From Caecitellus pseudoparvulus (Eukaryota; Protista; Bigyra: Bicosoecida): 64,000 nt of DNA. The translations under genes were made by a program, and so were the position numbers. The notes beneath the pieces are model-generated. The model was not told where the DNA came from and made no database searches. It saw nothing but the letters and a program-made list of their open reading frames with translations. Below, one piece after another: positions 10,201 to 21,878 of the stretch. The number at the start of each line of letters is the position of its first letter. The stretch's first letter is position 1. The stretch lies in contig CBFFRQ010000044.1 of assembly GCA_965644315.1 (NCBI GenBank), positions 1 through 64,000 of the forward strand, given 5' to 3'.

Positions 10201-13200
10201 GCGCAGGTGCACCAGACTCGTGGCAAAGAAGCACCAAGCCGCGAAGTTCCAGGTACAGCACCGCATCAGGGAGCTTACACTGACCGACCCATTCACTGCG
10301 CATCAACACATCCGGAAGTTGGCTGGGAAGAAGCGGAAAGGCACAGTGTCCTGCATCCAGTCAGTGCTCGACAGCAACGGGACACTCATCACGGAACCTG
10401 CTCTCGTTCGGTCCACGGTGCGGGACCACATGTCCCAAATCATCAGCTCCCCCTCTAAAGCTTGCCCCACTGAAGTTCGGTTTGGCCCGGCTACTGCCGC
10501 CTGCACAAGATGCTACCGCCTCTCATGATGCTTGGGTCCCAAGTGTGGACCTCATCATGAGAAAGATTCAGTCACTCAACCTACACCGCAACCCTGGCAC
10601 TGGAAGCTTCCAAGCTGAACATCTGAAGTACGCCAGTGAAATCTTCAGGAAGAAGTATGCTGGTACCCTCCGCCAAGCCATCAGCACTGGCTCCTGCCCT
10701 GAGGAGTACCACTGTGGCGTCGGGACTCTCATCCCAAAGGCTGCTAGCCAACCCGGACGAGTACAGACATACCGCCTCATTGTTTGTCGCCCACCTCAAG
10801 CCAAGCTGTTCTTCTCTGTGGTAGCAGCTTGTGTGGAAGACTGGGTCCAAAGATGGATCTCTCCAGAACAAGCTGGCTTCACTCATGCTCGAAACACGCA
10901 TGAACAGATACTGGCACTACAAGAAACTTCTGCTGCGTATCTCCGAACAAAGCCGGACGCCAGTGTCCTCATACTCTTTGTTGACTTCAGAAGCGCCTTC
11001 GATACTGTCAGTCACGGTGCGATCATTGAGATCCTTGAGAGCGCAAATCTCCCGAGCGCCCTACTCGAATGTGTGAAAGACTACATGCGGCGAGCTTCTG
11101 TTGCCATCCACACGGGGCATGGCCTCTGCAACCCCCTGCCGGTGACAAACGGTGTCCCACAGGGTGGAGCCCTGTCACCTCTTCTGTTTAAGATTGCCAT
11201 AGACGTTCTCTCTCACCGGCTCAGAGAACTACCAAAGCAGGGGGTGGCGGGTGCAGGAGTGCCCACACCCCGAGGCCGAGTCACCCACACGCTGTATGCG
11301 GATGATCTGGCCTGCCTGGCTACCACACCAGCTGCCCTCCATCGAATGTTTCTCGAAGTCAAATCTGTGGGCAGTCGTGTTGGACTGACCATAAACCCCA
11401 ACAAGTCAGGTGTCATGATCTTGACTGGAGCGCAACATGTCAGAGGCACATCAGCGACAGAGAGACGAAAGCTGGTCTGGAGATCCCGCTGGCTCAAGTC
11501 TGGGGAGATGTTGAAAGTAAAGGGGGCGCCCATCCAACGTACGAGTGTCTACTCGTACCTTGGTGCTCCACTTTCAGAAAACTTCAGCCGCACCAGGCTG
11601 CTTGCCTTGAAGCATGCAACACAATCTTGCACCCGGGCTGGCTTCGCCTGCGGTGCCCTCCTTAGTGGCGTCTGGCTTAGCCCAAGTCTCAAACAGCGGG
11701 TCGGTGCTGCAGCTGTCAACAGCGCCGCCGACTATATCCTTGCCTCTCAGGTCAGCAACTCCGTGCTACCTCTTCGAGATCTTGACCGTGGACTGGCCAT
11801 TGCCTTCTCTAAGGCCCAGCTTGGCATGCAGAGTTCACTAGCTCGGATGCACAATTATGCAAAGTTGGCTGTGTGTGGCATCCTGCCAGCACACATCCGA
11901 GCGACAAGGTTACGCAGCAACATCTTCAAAAAGTTGCTGAAGAACTTGCACAACCCCACGCCTATAGTCAAAGCCCTGTCATCCAGCCTTCATCAAGCCC
12001 TGCGCCAGCTTCCGCCCACCATGGACATGGCCTTTGTCTTTCAGGCCAATGTCCGCCTGGATAGGAAAGGACCGGGAGGAATTCCAGACCCATGGGCCCT
12101 GCACGGTCTCCTTGACCTTTGGCTACATGGTTGCCTCCCTAATCGCCGGGCACTTGAGGCATCCTGTCAAGAGCCAGCCGCGGACTCATCATCCGAAGCA
12201 CAGGGGATCGACATCCTTGCTCGGTTGGATCCCCCTCCTCCCAAGGTCCAACTTCTCGGACTTGCTGCCCCGGAGCTGTCAGACCTCTCCCAACCCCCAA
12301 CCTTCCCAGACAAGACCTCTTGGTCGATCAGACAACATGTAGTCGCCTCGTTCCTCCATGTTGCACAAGCGGTTCAATGCCAAGAAGTTGGCTACACCAC
12401 CACTGGCGAGATGAAGCGCTCAAGGCGGCCTAAGGAGTTCCACGTTGGGCTGGGGGCCTGCTTCTTTACATGGCTCCACCCCATCCCCTCTTCTGTGAAC
12501 CCACTCTTTTGGGTCCACGAAGATGACCAACAGAGTCGAGTCAAGATCCACCTCTGGCAAACGCTGCAGGTCTTCAATGGGGGAGACACCCCTACACTCT
12601 TCAGCGAATGTCCCCTGTGTCATGGAGTTTCATGGTGTACACTCCATGAACATGTCCTCTTTGACTGCCCCCACTACAAACTGCAACCATCGCGGACGGA
12701 TGTGATGGTTGCAGTGCGAAACTTCCTTGAGCGGTCAAATGATGCGGTGAGGGGAGTGGCCAACGCCCAACACCTTGAAGTGCCCCCCCTCATCCTGGAT
12801 GCTGTTGTCCGGGCTGCTGAAGGCCGCTCTGTGGGCCGACCGGGTCGCTTGATCCTTCTTCGCCTGCTACTGTGCGGTCAGTGGCCCCATCGGTGGGGCC
12901 AGCCATCAGCACAGCAGCCTTGGAGTCCTGAGGCGGCCGCAGTCCTGAGCAACCCTCATGTTGCTCTCCGCGGCCCCTCAGGTCTTCTCCGTCCTCCCAA
13001 GTACTGGAAACAAGCTCTGGCTGCCGCCACGAGCTTCTCTGTATCTGCGTGGGACGTGCTGGTAACATGCATGCTGGGACGTACCTCACAGGCTGATCGC
13101 CATGTCCAGGTACACGCCAGGTACCTGTGGTGGGCTGCACACGGCCGCACGAGTCCACTCCCGGGCTTCTCCACCCCTGACCCAAGCGCTGTGAGAAAGC

Positions 13201-14250
13201 ATACACGACATGTTCGCACGCGGCGCTTTGAGCGGACTTACTTTCCTGTCAGGGCTGAACGCAGGCCCCCTCGCTCCTTCACGAGGCAGGCCACTCTCCT
13301 GGATTTTGGTCTCACACGGCCCGAAGCCCGTGATGACCCTCCATCGCCCTCTTCCAACTCGGCCATGTCCTCCGAGATGTCCTTGGAAAGTCCATCGTCT
13401 TCTGAATAGGCGGGGATCTGTGCGAGGCAAAGCGCAGAAACAGGCAAGCTTACATGTGTATCGTGGTGAGAACCACGGTCGTGGTTGGCTGTGAAGGCGA
13501 GGCTGCTACATGCGCTGTCCTTGATGCTTTGTTTTCTCTGTGAAAAGCAAGGATATTGGAAAGTGAATGTTGTCAGTACACGTACCTGTGTCTTCGGGGT
13601 CCACAGATAGATCCACTGGCGGCTCTGCGATGGTGCGGGCGGAATTTGGGACCGTGAACAGACGGGCACAGCGTGCAACGCCGCGCGCGGAACTTACAGG
13701 TTCGCCAGGTCCTGAATGATGAGATGGTTGAGTCATCCATGAACAGACGAAGGCCCTTGATGTGTTCTGGGTGGATGGGGGCGTTGTTCCGGCGGTGCGC
13801 GCTGCTACCACCGGCGTGGTGTAGTGCAGCACCGCCGTGAAACGCCACCCCCAAGGCGGCCACTGCGGCTCAGTTCAGCGCACAGTGGCCCCAGGCACGC
13901 GTGTAGTGCCTGGCAGAGGCCAAGAGATCTGGGGGACTGATGAATTATGATGCGAAGTGTGGACTGGGACGAAGTAGGAGTGGGCCCGGCCCCCTCTGGC
14001 TCAGCCGACTGAGCCGAGAGGGCGCGGGAGGGACAGTTCAGCATGTATGGGCGGGCGCGGGCGCGCCCTAGCAAGCGGCGGCTCATACAACGGACGTATG
14101 TCCGTGATGGCTGCAGACCCACGAGAGTGGGAGCCGCTGTGGTGCCTACTACAGTGCATTCGTGTGCTGTGGTACGCAAGGCACCACGAGTGATGCCCAA
14201 GCTGTACCGTGCAAGAGTGTGCGGAGGCAAGTTGCAATGCATTAAGTGAG
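7247..14250 (+). mobile_element. Element B copy 1: APE-RT non-LTR retrotransposon, 5'-truncated
   Basis: Matches B2 from position 14850 onward (offset 7602-7604); carries APE and RT motifs; ends at a telomeric tract with no poly(A). Confidence 0.95.
7256..13409 (+). CDS. B1 polyprotein (ORF1-like + APE + RT + CCHC), N-truncated, with a 2-nt frameshift at ~10449-10458
   Basis: ORFs 7256..10528 and 10482..13409. ORF1 runs into APE without a stop in this copy. Confidence 0.88.
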
Positions 14251-14316
14251 CTAACCCTAACCCTAACCCTAACCCTAACCCTAACCCCTAACCTCCCTAA
14301 CCCCTAACCCCTAACC
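14251..14316 (+). repeat. Interstitial telomeric tract (66 bp), degenerate toward B2
   Basis: About 5 perfect CTAACC units followed by CCCCTAA/CCTCCCTAA variants. Confidence 0.95.
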
Positions 14317-17300
14317 GAAAGCTCTTTGTGGATAAGTGCATTGCTGCGCGAGCAATGCGTGGGCCACGAACAGGCGGATTTACTGACATGCCGCGCCGAG
14401 GCGCTGCACGGACGTTCCAGCTTGGCGGAGTGCCAATCGACGAAGATCCTTCAACATCTTCATCAACCATTCGTGATTCTTGGCTTGAAGCCTACGGAGA
14501 AGCGGCGGAGGCCCAGTTCCCTGGCATCTGTGCGGAAGTTGGGCGTGGTGCAGTGGCGTTGCGCCGCCCACAAGGAGCCCCAGCTGCCCTGCTAGTCTCA
14601 CTCGGTGGAGGGAGTGACAGCGCAGAACTGGCACGGAGCATGCGGGAAGCAGCAGCACGTGAGGACGACTTCACTGTGCGCCTTGGAAGGGGTGGCTTCT
14701 TGGCCGTGGTGTTTCCAAACACACGCCAGTTTGTCGCTGCCAAGGGCAAGGTCCAAGCCAAAGCGCCAACCCTTGTGCTCAACGCTGCCCGGGAAATAAT
14801 GCCGCTAGCTACCAGCCTTGCAGTCAACACGGGAGATGTGTCGTCTATCGTCACTCTCGTGAAGTCTCACTTGCGTCAAGCTTCTCCAGCTGCGCACCAA
14901 GATCGCCAACACGTCCGACAATCCGTCCCCAAGAAGGGAGATGCTGCTGTCGACAAGGCGCCCATTCGACACAACATCAAGACATCCGCACAAACCCAAC
15001 AGGCTCCAGGTAAACGCAAGAAGGTCAGGCGTGGTCAGCGCTCCAAAGCAAGCACGGCATCTACACATTCCAAAGTTGTACCAGGGCGAACCTTTGCCGA
15101 CCTGTTCAAGACGCCTCCATCGGAAACGACTGCCCGAGAGAAACACCAACACGTGGTGCCATCAAGTCCTCCTGCAAGAATGCCCAAGCTGCAGACGGAG
15201 GCGGTGGTGCTTCCATCGTCACGAGTGCGAACTGGGCAACAAACGCGCTGGGACAAGCCATCAACCCTTGACCAAGATTCGAAGATGCAGGCACCTGTAT
15301 CGGAGGACAGCGTGCCCGCATCTCAGACTACTACCTCCACAGCAACAACACTCATCTTGACGCCACCTGCGTCAACCCCTGAGTCGATATCAGAATCAGA
15401 CACCTCGCTCAGCCTGTCTGTACCTGACGCTGCACCTCAGCATATTGTGAAGGTTGTGAGGATGAAGGACTGCCCCCGAGTCCCTGGATCACTCCCCACC
15501 CACGACATTCCAGCATCGTCACCGCTTGCGCGCCTGCTTGCTTCAGCGAGTGTGTACGGGAACAGAGACCAACGGCATTGTGTACAAGCCTGCTTGGAAA
15601 CAGCGGCAGGGGAGAAGATCTTCGAGACTGAAGACCTCGTGGCTCTCCAACATGCAGCTACCGTCGAGGCAGGACAGCGAGCCTACCGGAACCTGCGTCG
15701 TAGAGCTGCTGCAAACACATCGGACTCCTCCAGTTCTGATGTTCAGTGCACGATGCCAGCAGGCGGTGTCATGTCAGACTGCGCAGAGGATCAACTGGAA
15801 GCTCTTGCTCGCTTGCTGTTTCGCTTCACACCAAAGGACTCCCTTCTGCAAGCACAAGCACCACCTGTCCTTCTTCCCGGTTTGCATATGCTTCTCAACC
15901 GCATGAACAGTGGGCACCGTGCCCTTCTTGGTGGGAGTAAACTCCATGGGGGCATCTGCCCTCAAGCAGTGATGTACGAGGACGGCCAAGACAAGTATTT
16001 CGAAGGTGTCCACTTTGCTTTTGCTCTGCATCGTCTCCAACACACTGACACTGCTCACCTTACGCTGGTTCTGGTCGATCATGATCGAGGAGTGTTGGTT
16101 GTATGGAACCCAGACATTCCAGATGCAAGTGTTGAAGTGTCCTTCCACAACTGCATGGAACGTCTGCACGCCGATGCTGTAGAGATGGTCTACCGAGTAT
16201 CATCGACCCCCATGGTGGGCTCTCCAAGCCCCTTGAAAGAGAGACTACGCAATGTGATGCAGTCGCTGAAGCAAGACTTCCCCCTCTCCCCTTTGCTGCG
16301 GAAGACGGGGAACTCCACCTCAAAACGTACATCGCTGGACAGTTCACCCGTGTTGCTCTCCCAACTGGACGCCTGACTAGACAGCAGGCCTCTGCTCTGG
16401 CAGACGCAAAAGAACATGACCCACTACTGAAGCTAATCCCACAAGACACAGATGCAATGCCTCCACGCTGGGAGCAAGGCCCGTGTACCCCAGTGGGAAA
16501 GTCAGGCACAACTTCCATCTCCATGGTGTCTTGGAATGTTGCAAGCTCCTGTGGGAACCACCTTCACGAAGTCATAGTCTGTGCGAAGTCGGCCTCGTCT
16601 CGATCTTCAAGGATGGTGCTCTGCCTTACGGAGCCAGGCGGACATGGGACTTTGGACACGGAGATCATGGGACTGCAATGCTTCAGACCAAGTCCACCTG
16701 ATCGTCCACCAGGACGAAGTGAGGTCGCCTTGCTCATCGACAGAAGACTGCGGGCTCAACGGATGGGGGACCTTGGCCTTGATGGCCGCTGTGTTGTTGC
16801 TTGCACCATCCCCACAACGCCAAAGCCTCTTGCAATCATCGCGGCATATGTGCCAAACTGGCACACAGCGCAGCGAAAGAAGCCGTTAGCAGACCCAGAT
16901 ACAAAGCTTCCTCACAGGCAGCAGATTTGGGAACAGCTCACAAATGCTGTTCAACATCTGAGGACAACCCACATGATCACACTCATGGGTGATCTGAACT
17001 GCCACCCAGGTCAACACGGGGTAACTTCGTGGGACACGTCATGCTGGCGCAACCAATCTGGCATCCCCGACCCGACGGACGACGTTCAGGAACTTGCGAC
17101 TGTATGTGAACAGGCACAACTTCAGCCTGCTGGGGTTGGGGGACAGCCTACCCAAGCTACCTTTCAGAGAGTCTTGGATCACATCCTCGTATGTCCCTCG
17201 CTGCGGTCCCGGTTGGTAAAGCCCCTTGCTGTTGTCACAACATATTCAAGCGCCAGGAAGAAGAACCACCGAAAGATGATCCTCAGTGACCACCACATGC

Positions 17301-20300
17301 TCACTGCCGGCGTTGCAGTCAAGCTGCCCCCCCGACCCAAAGCCTCCAGACAACATTCATCGACCCACTCTGTCCCCCCCTGGTGGGCATCGTCCACACG
17401 TGAGGGACTCAAGGCGCAGTACATGCACAGACGCCATCTTGATGCGTCTCTTGGGCCAGCAGACCTGCATGTCCCTGGACCTGGAGATGAGGCAGAAGCA
17501 CTCCAAAGCTTGGACGCCCTCATTACTACCAGTGCTCGAACCACGCATGCCCAGTGCAAGTCCACATCACCTCAAATGATTCAGGCATTTGCTGACATAC
17601 CACGACTCAGCTCCCTGAAGAAACGCATGACAGCCAAGACGAGGTCCATACAGAAGCGACTTGTGAAACTCCGTCGGCGCAAGCATCTGCTGCGGCACTC
17701 CTCACTGCCTAGCTCGATCGAGGCTCTGCGCAAGGAGGAAGAGCGGGAACACATGCTGCTTGAAGACCTGCATGCGACGAGGACTGAAAGGAGGCAAGCG
17801 ATGCGCAGGTGCACCAGACTCGTGGCAAAGAAGCACCAAGCCGCGAAGTTCCAGGTACAGCACCGCATCAGGGAGCTTACACTGACCGACCCATTCACTG
17901 CGCATCAACACATCCGGAAGTTGGCTGGGAAGAAGCGGAAAGGCACAGTGTCCTGCATCCAGTCAGTGCTCGACAGCAACGGGACACTCATCACGGAACC
18001 TGCTCTCGTTCGGTCCACGGTGCGGGACCACATGTCCCAAATCATCAGCTCCCCCCCTAGAAAGCTTGCCCCACTGAAGTTCGGTTTGGCCCGGCTACTG
18101 CCGCCTGCACAAGATGCTACCGCCTCTCATGATGCTTGGGTCCCAAGTGTGGACCTCATCATGAGAAAGATTCAGTCACTCAACCTACACCGCAACCCTG
18201 GCACTGGAAGCTTCCAAGCTGAACATCTGAAGTACGCCAGTGAAATCTTCAGGAAGAAGTATGCTGGTACCCTCCGCCAAGCCATCAGCACTGGCTCCTG
18301 CCCTGAGGAGTACCACTGTGGCGTCGGGACTCTCATCCCAAAGGCTGCTAGCCAACCCGGACGAGTACAGACATACCGCCTCATTGTTTGTCGCCCACCT
18401 CAAGCCAAGCTGTTCTTCTCTGTGGTAGCAGCTTGTGTGGAAGACTGGGTCCAAAGATGGATCTCTCCAGAACAAGCTGGCTTCACTCATGCTCGAAACA
18501 CGCATGAACAGATACTGGCACTACAAGAAACTTCTGCTGCGTATCTCCGAACAAAGCCGGACGCCAGTGTCCTCATACTCTTTGTTGACTTCAGAAGCGC
18601 CTTCGATACTGTCAGTCACGGTGCGATCATTGAGATCCTTGAGAGCGCAAATCTCCCGAGCGCCCTACTCGAATGTGTGAAAGACTACATGCGGCGAGCT
18701 TCTGTTGCCATCCACACGGGGCATGGCCTCTGCAACCCCCTGCCGGTGACAAACGGTGTCCCACAGGGTGGAGCCCTGTCACCTCTTCTGTTTAAGATTG
18801 CCATAGACGTTCTCTCTCACCGGCTCAGAGAACTACCAAAGCAGGGGGTGGCGGGTGCAGGAGTGCCCACACCCCGAGGCCGAGTCACCCACACGCTGTA
18901 TGCGGATGATCTGGCCTGCCTGGCTACCACACCAGCTGCCCTCCATCGAATGTTTCTCGAAGTCAAATCTGTGGGCAGTCGTGTTGGACTGACCATAAAC
19001 CCCAACAAGTCAGGTGTCATGATCTTGACTGGAGCGCAACATGTCAGAGGCACATCAGCGACAGAGAGACGAAAGCTGGTCTGGAGATCCCGCTGGCTCA
19101 AGTCTGGGGAGATGTTGAAAGTAAAGGGGGCGCCCATCCAACGTACGAGTGTCTACTCGTACCTTGGTGCTCCACTTTCAGAAAACTTCAGCCGCACCAG
19201 GCTGCTTGCCTTGAAGCATGCAACACAATCTTGCACCCGGGCTGGCTTCGCCTGCGGTGCCCTCCTTAGTGGCGTCTGGCTTAGCCCAAGTCTCAAACAG
19301 CGGGTCGGTGCTGCAGCTGTCAACAGCGCCGCCGACTATATCCTTGCCTCTCAGGTCAGCAACTCCGTGCTACCTCTTCGAGATCTTGACCGTGGACTGG
19401 CCATTGCCTTCTCTAAGGCCCAGCTTGGCATGCAGAGTTCACTAGCTCGGATGCACAATTATGCAAAGTTGGCTGTGTGTGGCATCCTGCCAGCACACAT
19501 CCGAGCGACAAGGTTACGCAGCAACATCTTCAAAAAGTTGCTGAAGAACTTGCACAACCCCACGCCTATAGTCAAAGCCCTGTCATCCAGCCTTCATCAA
19601 GCCCTGCGCCAGCTTCCGCCCACCATGGACATGGCCTTTGTCTTTCAGGCCAATGTCCGCCTGGATAGGAAAGGACCGGGAGGAATTCCAGACCCATGGG
19701 CCCTGCACGGTCTCCTTGACCTTTGGCTACATGGTTGCCTCCCTAATCGCCGGGCACTTGAGGCATCCTGTCAAGAGCCAGCCGCGGACTCATCATCCGA
19801 AGCACAGGGGATCGACATCCTTGCTCGGTTGGATCCCCCTCCTCCCAAGGTCCAACTTCTCGGACTTGCTGCCCCGGAGCTGTCAGACCTCTCCCAACCC
19901 CCAACCTTCCCAGACAAGACCTCTTGGTCGATCAGACAACATGTAGTCGCCTCGTTCCTCCATGTTGCACAAGCGGTTCAATGCCAAGAAGTTGGCTACA
20001 CCACCACTGGCGAGATGAAGCGCTCAAGGCGGCCTAAGGAGTTCCACGTTGGGCTGGGGGCCTGCTTCTTTACATGGCTCCACCCCATCCCCTCTTCTGT
20101 GAACCCACTCTTTTGGGTCCACGAAGATGACCAACAGAGTCGAGTCAAGATCCACCTCTGGCAAACGCTGCAGGTCTTCAATGGGGGAGACACCCCTACA
20201 CTCTTCAGCGAATGTCCCCTGTGTCATGGAGTTTCATGGTGTACACTCCATGAACATGTCCTCTTTGACTGCCCCCACTACAAACTGCAACCATCGCGGA

Positions 20301-21854
20301 CGGATGTGATGGTTGCAGTGCGAAACTTCCTTGAGCGGTCAAATGATGCGGTGAGGGGAGTGGCCAACGCCCAACACCTTGAAGTGCCCCCCCTCATCCT
20401 GGATGCTGTTGTCCGGGCTGCTGAAGGCCGCTCTGTGGGCCGACCGGGTCGCTTGATCCTTCTTCGCCTGCTACTGTGCGGTCAGTGGCCCCATCGGTGG
20501 GGCCAGCCATCAGCACAGCAGCCTTGGAGTCCTGAGGCGGCCGCAGTCCTGAGCAACCCTCATGTTGCTCTCCGCGGCCCCTCAGGTCTTCTCCGTCCTC
20601 CCAAGTACTGGAAACAAGCTCTGGCTGCCGCCACGAGCTTCTCTGTATCTGCGTGGGACGTGCTGGTAACATGCATGCTGGGACGTACCTCACAGGCTGA
20701 TCGCCATGTCCAGGTACACGCCAGGTACCTGTGGTGGGCTGCACACGGCCGCACGAGTCCACTCCCGGGCTTCTCCACCCCTGACCCAAGCGCTGTGAGA
20801 AAGCATACACGACATGTTCGCACGCGGCGCTTTGAGCGGACTTACTTTCCTGTCAGGGCTGAACGCAGGCCCCCTCGCTCCTTCACGAGGCAGGCCACTC
20901 TCCTGGATTTTGGTCTCACACGGCCCGAAGCCCGTGATGACCCTCCATCGCCCTCTTCCAACTCGGCCATGTCCTCCGAGATGTCCTTGGAAAGTCCATC
21001 GTCTTCTGAATAGGCGGGGATCTGTGCGAGGCAAAGCGCAGAAACAGGCAAGCTTACATGTGTATCGTGGTGAGAACCACGGTCGTGGTTGGCTGTGAAG
21101 GCGAGGCTGCTACATGCGCTGTCCTTGATGCTTTGTTTTCTCTGTGAAAAGCAAGGATATTGGAAAGTGAATGTTGTCAGTACACGTACCTGTGTCTTCG
21201 GGGTCCACAGATAGATCCACTGGCGGCTCTGCGATGGTGCGGGCGGAATTTGGGACCGTGAACAGACGGGCACAGCGTGCAACGCCGCGCGCGGAACTTA
21301 CAGGTTCGCCAGGTCCTGAATGATGAGATGGTTGAGTCATCCATGAACAGACGAAGGCCCTTGATGTGTTCTGGGTGGATGGGGGCGTTGTTCCGGCGGT
21401 GCGCGCTGCTACCACCGGCGTGGTGTAGTGCAGCACCGCCGTGAAACGCCACCCCCAAGGCGGCCACTGCGGCTCAGTTCAGCGCACAGTGGCCCCAGGC
21501 ACGCGTGTAGTGCCTGGCAGAGGCCAAGAGATCTGGGGGACTGATGAATTATGATGCGAAGTGTGGACTGGGACGAAGTAGGAGTGGGCCCGGCCCCCTC
21601 TGGCTCAGCCGACTGAGCCGAGAGGGCGCGGGAGGGACAGTTCAGCATGTATGGGCGGGCGCGGGCGCGCCCTAGCAAGCGGCGGCTCATACAACGGACG
21701 TATGTCCGTGATGGCTGCAGACCCACGAGAGTGGGAGCCGCTGTGGTGCCTACTACAGTGCATTCGTGTGCTGTGGTACGCAAGGCACCACGAGTGATGC
21801 CCAAGCTGTACCGTGCAAGAGTGTGCGGAGGCAAGTTGCAATGCATTAAGTGAG
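14317..21854 (+). mobile_element. Element B copy 2: near-full-length APE-RT non-LTR retrotransposon (7.54 kb; lacks 5' UTR and start)
   Basis: Begins in a region homologous to A codon ~12 (LFVDKC vs LFVEGC); ends gcattaagtgag|ctaacc. Confidence 0.95.
14328..21013 (+). CDS. B2 polyprotein: ORF1-like, APE endonuclease (~16520-17300), RT (~18200-19170), CCHC finger (~20213-20272); 1-nt frameshift in a C run at ~16280
   Basis: APE motifs: SWNV, LTE, AYVP, GDLN, LDHI, SDH. RT motifs: QAGF, DFRSAFD, GVPQGGALSPLLF, YADD (18899), GLTINPNKS, YLG. Zinc finger: CPLC..HEHVLFDC. Confidence 0.93.
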
Positions 21855-21878
21855 CTAACCCCTAACCCTCCACCCTCA
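21855..21878 (+). repeat. Innermost degenerate telomeric remnant at the telomere/subtelomere boundary
   Basis: ctaacccctaaccctccaccctca directly after the B2 3' end. Confidence 0.8.

Noticed and set aside
13937-13975. CTGATGA in the B 3' UTR suggesting a hammerhead ribozyme core
   Set aside because: No stem II followed by GAAA and no matching cleavage triplet or stems could be built.
3758-14316. Target-site duplications
   Set aside because: They cannot be identified or excluded because the flanks are tandem telomeric repeats.
836-21854. Tandem copies as a pure assembly artefact
   Set aside because: Each copy has distinct junction sequences, and B1/B2 differ in truncation point and by synonymous substitutions. 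A1/A2 identity still merits read-level confirmation.
7247-21854. Penelope/Athena-type or TERT-like RT, or a restriction-like endonuclease element
   Set aside because: The RT motifs are LINE-type and are preceded by a complete APE domain; no GIY-YIG or clear PD-(D/E)xK domain was seen.
1-21877. Repeat-spacer alternation resembling CRISPR or LTR structure
   Set aside because: The repeats are telomeric hexamers and the 'spacers' are kb-scale non-LTR elements. There are no cas genes, LTRs or integrase, and the context is eukaryotic.
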